A stretch of 60,000 nt of DNA, taken from NCBI GenBank assembly GCA_051294905.1, contig CM119372.1, positions 32,242,001-32,302,000 of the forward strand. The letters run 5' to 3'. The notes beneath the pieces were generated by a model. That model saw only the letters and a program-made list of their open reading frames with translations. It made no database searches and was not told where the DNA came from. Source of the DNA: Botryllus schlosseri (taxonomy: Eukaryota). Position 1 is the first letter of the stretch; the number at the start of each line of letters is the position of its first letter. Shown in pieces: positions 53,701 through 60,000 of this stretch. The translations under genes were made by a program, and so were the position numbers.

Positions 53701-56700
53701 CAGACAACGTGACTCACTCATCCCAATATTGTTTGGAATATTTACCTATTCCACAGGTTCCTGTTTGATTGTTTGTTTGAGGTGTTCATGGTGCGCGTAG
53801 ACTACAATGATAATTTACACCACGCCGGTATTTCTTATTCTTTGATTCCGCAGCTGCCAACTTGTCGCGCGGTCCACTTCCAAGCTTTTGTCAGACACCG
53901 CGCTTGCACGGATGAGATGGTGAGGAGAAGTAAAGGATTTAGACTTTTGCTTTAGATTCAAATATAACACAGCAATTGGGTAGATCCGCAACTGTTAAAT
54001 GATTTGAAATGTCACCTCAACAGAACGGTGCGGATTCTCTTATTGCTATAATAAGTAGCGCCTGTGAATCAATATATGTGGCGTCATCAGTTATTCTGAA
54101 TTGATTATAAAAGAAAGGTTTACAACGCCTGTTGTCAATCGATTACTTCTTTGAAATACCTGCCTACATTTCAAACCTCGTTTTAGCATGTGTCGGTTAT
54201 CCCTACCTCAGATTTGAATTGGTAAGTAATTTTGCAATACCTTCATTTCTACTTGAGTAGCCTCAGTGGACTACAATGATAGCCATGGACTGGTCATGTT
54301 ACATCAAGTACCTGGTAATTGTTTCGGAAAACCTGACATGGGCCCAGTGACAAGCACAAATGCCATTGCGGCGGATAAGAGCATTCCGATCCACCAAGCT
54401 CCGACCCATCTGGGATCACTTGGTTCCAATGTTAACCTGAAGAATATTTCTTGGTAGTGAGCGGAGCACAGTTTCTTAGAAGTCGACAACTTACTGATCC
54501 ATCGCTTCCGGGTCTTCGAAATCCACATATAGAAATAGAAAGCCGCCTCCGAACACATATCCCAATACCGGGCCAAAGATGGACAACGCATTTGCCAGGC
54601 CTAAATTATCAAGCGAGCTTTCAACTAATAAAGTATACATAATGTTATTTCAGCATATTATGACAATAATTACGATTAGATTGTTTTATGGACACACTTC
54701 ACAACTATATGAAGCTTCGAATTCTGTTGAAGTTTGCAATTTGAACATTCTGTATTGCTTGACGTTAAGCATTCTATATCCTTGGCAAGGAGATTGGAAT
54801 GGAAGAGCTGAAATATCAAATTCCAGTATCTATACAGATATATCTAATTATATAGTTTCCCTGTGAATAGTCGTTGTGTAGAAATAAGAGACAATGAGGA
54901 AAAGTCGCTGGGCTTATGCCATATGGGAAGCCGATCACCAAAGTAGAAACAATCCAACAGGAAATGAAACTGTGATTAGGGCTATAGAGACAAAACGATG
55001 ATGACCTTTTATATTCAACAGTATGGATGGTGTGCACGTGACGTTCACGTTTGTGTTCGTGAGTTTGAACAACCACAGACATTTGGAGGTTCGCGTTCGC
55101 AAACGAACCTTGGCAGGTTCTATACTGTGAATCTTATATATATATTACATATTTGGCACGACATTATTGTATATTTGGCTGAAATGATATCCATTTAAAC
55201 TCTCTGCAAGGCTCCAGCAAAATAAAAAGAAATTCAGCACTAAAGGAACATGCACCTAGCTCTTTTCGAAAATTTCATTTGCTCTGTTAAAATAGTTTCC
55301 ACGAAATATTGAGCTTTCCGTTTGTGAATATTTAGTGAATCTCTGATGTGCTCTTGGCTGGCAATAAAAATTATCATCTATGATTGTCATCAACGAAATA
55401 GATATAAATAATGCATGATGTTGACGAATGTGAAAATATATCAGGCGCACAGGATCTATCTCGATTTAATATGTTTATTGTATCATTAAAACCATGTCGC
55501 ACATTCGCTAGTTCTCGAGAACCCGAGTTGTGATACAAATAAAACTGATCCTACAATTGGTATTGCTATGACGAAGCGCTATAGGCATACCAAGGTACCA
55601 CGAAGCCTGTTCTTTCCTCACACTATCTTCAATAAAAGAATATCCAAGAGTATAGAGAGGGGTTGCGCCGGCACCATGTAATAGCTGCCCGACTATAAAT
55701 ACATAGAGGTACGCGTGCAGATTTTCGGAGTCTTCGTTTGATGTGGAACAGTCGATTGGCTTATCGGAGCAAACGTCTGAAAATATGTATATGTTACAAT
55801 GGAAACGTGTTGGGGAGATGTGGTACCGATGGATCACTGGGACCGAAAATACTTGAAAAATTCTCCATGATAATTCCATGATTACACTCCGTGAATTTGT
55901 CTACAATTACATGCTGACAGAATCTTTCTTGACATGCGAAAAAATTCGACCTGAGTGAGTTATGGGGTCTGTGACGAATGATTTGCGATTTAGGAGGTGT
56001 AAAGTAAATTTGGATCGACATTTTCATTTTTCTATATCACCTTCCAGACTAACAAAACCGGCTTAATTTTTGATGTGAAGTATAGGGCTTGTATCAGGGT
56101 ATATAATGGCACATATTTTTTGAATCAATACCATCCACGAGTGGACTATTTTCAAGTCTATTACAATATTTATGGGGTGGGGGACCTATGGTACCATAGC
56201 CAAATCCAGCAAAATAGATAGACCAACTAATCACTTAACAACAGAAACTCGCCTACATATATATAGGTTGTAAATCATAGTTACCTGTGGTGTTTTATCG
56301 CTACTACGAGGTATTTGAAAGTCAAAATGTCGATTTGCGGGTAATATGTATGTGGCATTAATTTTGTAAGTTTAGGCGTAAATCAAAACATGATTTTATG
56401 CCAACATTTGAGTTGATATAATCTATTTTATTCTTGAAGGTCGCTACGAAACATTCTTCATTGGCTGCTGTAGCTTTGCTTATAGTACACAACAAAACAA
56501 GTTGACAAATTTGAGTTTTTGAGCGTATGTCTCATAGGTCCCATGATCGTGTGCCTTTGGACCCACCGGGTGGGGACCGATGACACGTTCGAGCATCAAA
56601 CTTTAAACGTTTATAAATATTTTTTGAAAAAGCGGATATTCATGTAAATGTCCGCGATAGGTAGGGCTTGTATCGAAGTGTTGAGACAGCAAAAGATCTG

Positions 56701-59182
56701 CTATTCTCGGCTGAAGATTTGAGGGCCAGAATCATTTTGCAATTTTTGATCCATCGGTACCACATCTCCCCTATGTAAGTCTGTAACTATTTTGTGCAAT
56801 TTGTGACTAGTAACTTGCGACTAATAAAGTAAATGTGACCAATCATACATTATTATGACAAATGAGCATAGTTTTAAAACATATGGATTACAAGTTTTCA
56901 GTTTAATTTTTATGTGACAGAATACATTCACATGATTCATCCACATTATTAAAACAATATTAAAAATAGGCTGGTGGCATCAAAAGAGTGTTGGAATTCC
57001 AGATGCTCATGATAAAATAGCCTCTTCTCTAATGCAGTAAATTAGATCATGTGGAATTGCGTCTTGTCTCTCATCTCCACTATAAGTTTGGTAGACTGCG
57101 GTACTGCACTATAGTAAGAGTTACTTTTGACATTGAAATTAAAATACTACTGCCTAAATTCCAAGTTGTTCCTACCTGAAAATCCAGTATCATACTGGTA
57201 CAGACCAGTTATGAAGTGAGGCAGCGCGAAAATAATGGCGCCAAATCCTAGAATCACAGATCCAATGGCAAGTAAACGTGGCCTTGAATAGAAATTCATT
57301 TCTTAAATCTATAAAACGAAATATTATGAAACTGTCTCGACAAAATTCTATTGCGATAGACCAGAGGCGGGCAGCATACGGCCCACGACAGGATTATAAG
57401 CAGACAGTTTCCCCGGGCCTTACATGATGATGTGGCCCGGGTTCTACATACATTGGCGAGCATACATATTCGACCATGAACATCAACAATACAAAGCTAC
57501 GTTCCAATCTAACTGACGTTCACGTGCAGTCTTTACTAAGGGTTTTTACGTCCGACATGCAGCCAGTGTTCAAAGAACTTTGACAACTTTGATTGACCAC
57601 AAATATCTCATTGACTTCAACATCTATTGAAGTACATCACGTTGATAAATTCGTTGAATACTCTATTTGGTCATTATATTTTAAACTTGAAGTTTACATT
57701 AAATACGACTTATTTCTTCTATAGGGGGTTAAATACGCTATTAAAGTTCGAGTCATGAATCACGCCCGCTGATTGGAGAAATTGCCCGTCCCCGCGATGG
57801 ACGAACTCAGTTCAGTGAAGTACGCTTTAAATATGCTATTAACGTTTGATCGATGCATGCCTAATTTATGAGACAAAATGTGTAAGAACTAGCAAAGTTT
57901 CTGATTCCTCGTGCTACGCAGTCGTGTGGAAGTCACCTCATATAACCACTTGGTGGACCAAAAATTAGGAGCTTTTTCGTATGTACCCTACACATAACAC
58001 ATTTGCATAAAATCTGAAGTGGTACCTGTGAGCATGATTTCCGTAGTAAGTAACAAAAAGGCACAACGCGAAAAATGCAATGTCGTAACTGCATCCTATG
58101 ATTCCCAGTTCAAAGCTGGTTAATTCAAAACGACGCTCCAGCGTAGAAAGGCTGACGTTAATCAAGCCATTCACGAGCATTCCTAAAATAAATAAGAGTT
58201 TACGTTGGAGCTTCGCAACAAATCGATTAGCAAGGGATAATGATATTGTGGTTACTTAATATCAGAGATGAACTAGCGTCATTTAGATTCGGAATCGATA
58301 AAACCGAATTGAAGGTTCGGTTAGATTCAAATGGGATATATATCGTTGAACTATTTCTGCCTACTGGATTCGAATTTCGCCTACTGATAATTTCATATGT
58401 TCAACACGTAACTGACAAATAAATTGTAGTCGTTTGCAGACTTGGACTTGTATACATAATACAGAATGGATTCTGGATTCGGATTTGAACCCGGATTCGA
58501 AACTCATATTCGAGAAAGGGGTTTGGATTTGAAGGTTTCTAAGGCTGGACTGTAGCCTACCCTTGGGGTGTTTATCTATCTTCGTTTGAACGCAAAGCCT
58601 TTACATAGAGATTACCATTCCACATCGTCATAATCATGTGAACCAACATTATATCAAATATGATGAATATGCCTAATGAAGAGATAAAGATCGCAATGAA
58701 CGCAAATCAAACTTACTTGTGTCGACGATAAGGCTTCAACGCAGTTAGCATATATTGACATTGTGTATACAAACATTACATCTTACCAGATGGGTACAGG
58801 AAATATGTCGTTCATTAACCACGAATCATGAGGTAAATAAATTGATTATTGTGACGCTAGATGAAAAGTGACAATTGACTTTTCAAAACCGATTGTCAGA
58901 GACACTATTACCGATAGTGATCTTACCCTGCGTGATAGAAAACAGTCCAAAGGACACGAGAAAACCTGTCGGGTTGTTAAATCTTTGTAACCAGTCAGGC
59001 GTGTAATTCAACCAGCCGTATCGTCCTTCATCTTCTGTTACGTAAGGTTTGATGTCCAACGATTTGACCTCCCTACCCGTCTTCTCGCATTTGATGGAGT
59101 CAGCATCTTCGCTGCTTTCGCGCAGGGTCACGCTCCGTTTAGTATCCGTCGTATCATTATCAGCAGTCACTTGATTATCCAT
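38538..59182 (-). CDS. SLCO4A1: SLCO/OATP organic anion transporting polypeptide, SLCO4-like, 12 coding exons, about 705 aa
   Basis: Exons 59182-58927, 58182-58026, 57282-57176, 55776-55591, 54600-54495, 54436-54312, 53329-53069, 52464-52275, 46856-46697, 40642-40482, 39504-39299, 38740-38538 total 2118 nt with compatible phases. Contains the OATP signature [21 protein letters not shown], a Kazal-like loop ([20 protein letters not shown]), [14 protein letters not shown] and C-terminal VTKL. Family is secure; the subfamily symbol is a best guess. Confidence 0.93.
39299..39504 (-). CDS. SLCO coding exon 11 ([16 protein letters not shown]...[34 protein letters not shown])
   Basis: Strongly conserved OATP block. 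Confidence 0.95.
40482..40642 (-). CDS. SLCO coding exon 10 ([24 protein letters not shown]...PALVVTFR)
   Basis: Y..C.C and A..G.C...C OATP motifs; atag| acceptor and AG|gtgaga donor. Confidence 0.92.
40865..41215 (-). mobile_element. Partial inverted copy of the 13840-16495 MITE family
   Basis: Reverse-complement similarity to 16170-16495; start coordinate approximate. Confidence 0.8.
41330..41922 (+). mobile_element. Buster-type hAT 3' end with a decayed transposase C-terminus
   Basis: [24 protein letters not shown] remnants; ends AAAGGTTGTGAACAACTG. Confidence 0.65.
41939..46008. mobile_element. Nested hAT MITE cluster in SLCO intron 9: outer 41939-46008 contains 42989-45818, which contains 43635-44358 and 44542-45655
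   Basis: TSDs GTTTAGAA/CTTCAGAA, ATGAATAT, GCCTAGAC and GTGTACAT respectively, each with matching TIRs. Confidence 0.88.
46505..46536. repeat. (GA)n microsatellite
   Basis: Interrupted GA run. Confidence 0.9.
46697..46856 (-). CDS. SLCO coding exon 9, Kazal-like extracellular domain
   Basis: [32 protein letters not shown]; the 3' boundary is inferred as a GC donor (GCG|gcaagt) because phase 0 is needed. Confidence 0.85.
46986..48980 (-). mobile_element. Buster/GTF2IRD2-type hAT deletion derivative with a transposase C-terminal remnant
   Basis: TIR CARGGGTCGGCAACC; perfect TSD TCTTAAAG; minus strand [17 protein letters not shown] and [10 protein letters not shown] remnants. Confidence 0.88.
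48203..48603 (+). mobile_element. SINE with tRNA-like head, RTE-LINE-like tail and (GATT)n end
   Basis: GGGGCATAGCGTATAGTGG...TCGATTCCC head, core shared with the 25925 SINE, RKGR-containing RTE-like peptide, terminal GATT repeats. Confidence 0.6.
48991..49627. mobile_element. hAT MITE related to 43635-44358
   Basis: YAGGGGTGRCCA TIRs and shared GCGGGCCACTCAAAACCTTCTCGCGGGCCA; TSD not resolved. Confidence 0.75.
51233..52173. mobile_element. About 940-bp MITE with GGGGAGATGTGGTACC TIRs, probable TA target (Tc1/mariner-like)
   Basis: TIRs; TA on the left flank; inverted relative of 55812-56771. Confidence 0.8.
52275..52464 (-). CDS. SLCO coding exon 8 ([21 protein letters not shown]...[14 protein letters not shown])
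   Basis: OATP motif C....AGV..Y; aag| acceptor and GA|gtatgt donor. Confidence 0.92.
53069..53329 (-). CDS. SLCO coding exon 7 (GTAYNRAMR...LKNPTLMF...[22 protein letters not shown])
   Basis: OATP motifs NP and FLPK..E/QF; canonical splice sites. Confidence 0.94.
54312..54436 (-). CDS. SLCO coding exon 6 ([20 protein letters not shown]...GFPKQLPG)
   Basis: OATP superfamily signature; canonical splice sites. Confidence 0.95.
54495..54600 (-). CDS. SLCO coding exon 5 ([36 protein letters not shown])
   Basis: GPxxGY..GG..L.YVD motif; ttag| acceptor and CA|gtaagt donor; followed by a 58-bp intron. Confidence 0.93.
55591..55776 (-). CDS. SLCO coding exon 4 (DVCSDKP...[24 protein letters not shown]...WYLG)
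   Basis: OATP motif [11 protein letters not shown]; tttcag| acceptor and G|gtatg donor. Confidence 0.94.
55812..56771. mobile_element. 960-bp MITE of the same family, opposite orientation
   Basis: TIR GGGGAGATGTGGTACCGATGGATCA; TA on the right flank. Confidence 0.83.
57176..57282 (-). CDS. SLCO coding exon 3 ([36 protein letters not shown])
   Basis: Translated by hand; RPR and LPHF motifs; aag| acceptor, G|gtagg donor. Confidence 0.92.
57362..57794. mobile_element. Degenerate hAT MITE
   Basis: Imperfect TIRs; TSD CGATAGAC/CGATGGAC. Confidence 0.7.
58026..58182 (-). CDS. SLCO coding exon 2 ([23 protein letters not shown]...YYGNHAHR)
   Basis: ttttag| acceptor, AG|gtacc donor, OATP motif. 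Confidence 0.93.
58927..59182 (-). CDS. SLCO coding exon 1 (MDNQVTAD...FGLFSITQG)
   Basis: ATG at 59182; [15 protein letters not shown] resembles the OATP N-terminus; donor CAG G|gtaaga; upstream acceptor near 59268 suggests a 5' UTR portion. Confidence 0.88.
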
Positions 59183-60000
59183 TATTTCGATATGCACATC
59201 AACTTGGATTACCAACTCACAAAATGGTTTCACCCACTCGATTGCATTGAACTATAGGAATTGTGATCTGTAAGTAGCATGGAAATATTGAATATTTTTG
59301 GGAAATTGTAGCAATGAGGTGAGAGAAGAAGCAGTGGCGAACGCCAAACATGCAATAGCCTAATCTAAATACCCAAGTTTAACATCGGCAATAATTTGAA
59401 AGTAAAAAGCAATATATTTCGCTAACAGCGTTTGCGGAAAGAATATGCGCTAACAGTACATTTTAGTGGCAACGACTTTACTGGTGACCAGCGCATGATC
59501 ATATTGGAAAAAGCCTATATGATTGGATCTTGTATGTTATTCACTCCAACGACGAGGAAAGCCCACATATATACTATATAAAACTTCGTAACATGGTAAT
59601 TTCGAGATCAATAAATATCTTACTAGGGCAAGTTTATGTTGCAATAAAATCGCAAGAGAGTTGCATTTAATTTTACCAAAAGTTGCAGTAGAAGTTGCAT
59701 TCACAATTTTGTTGAATTAATAGGCTATGAGATATTTGAAAGGCTTCGTTGTAGAACTTAGTTCCTGCAGAGCTGTCAAATTTGTTACTTCGCCATTTAA
59801 CGGTCTGACGGAACCGCCAAAATTACATTTTACCCGGCACACAGCAAGAAAATTACGCAATGCGGTAATAAGTCCCCCCCTCCCAAAAAAAGCCAAACAG
59901 CATAGCGATAATCCCTTCTTCCCAAAACAAGTCGAATAACACACCCCGAATCCCCTAGATCTACGAATGTGACCAACGGTATTACATAAAAACTCACTCT

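Noticed and set aside
53530..54060. Coding-looking stretch in SLCO intron 6
   Set aside because: Stops in the frames tried and no recognisable motif; probably an old transposon remnant

Overview
AT-rich, intron-containing animal DNA; an invertebrate such as an ascidian is my guess, not something the sequence proves. The right third holds one complete 12-coding-exon SLCO/OATP transporter gene on the minus strand (59182->38538, about 705 aa, SLCO4-like), and its frame closes best with a GC-AG intron. The left 33 kb has no intact host gene. It is a patchwork of decayed, partly duplicated, apparently intronless ORF remnants broken up by transposons. These include a five-level nest of hAT elements (12891-17531), a young composite hAT MITE present twice, and a 5.5-kb CCCAG-ended element with a 2-bp TSD carrying spliced-gene remnants. 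A hAT macro-element (25631-28177) carries a Polinton/adenain-type protease fragment. A fresh Penelope-like retroelement (20506-21855) has a 271-bp inverted terminal repeat with a minimal hammerhead ribozyme motif in each arm. All coordinates, TSDs and translations were read by eye and no database searches were run.
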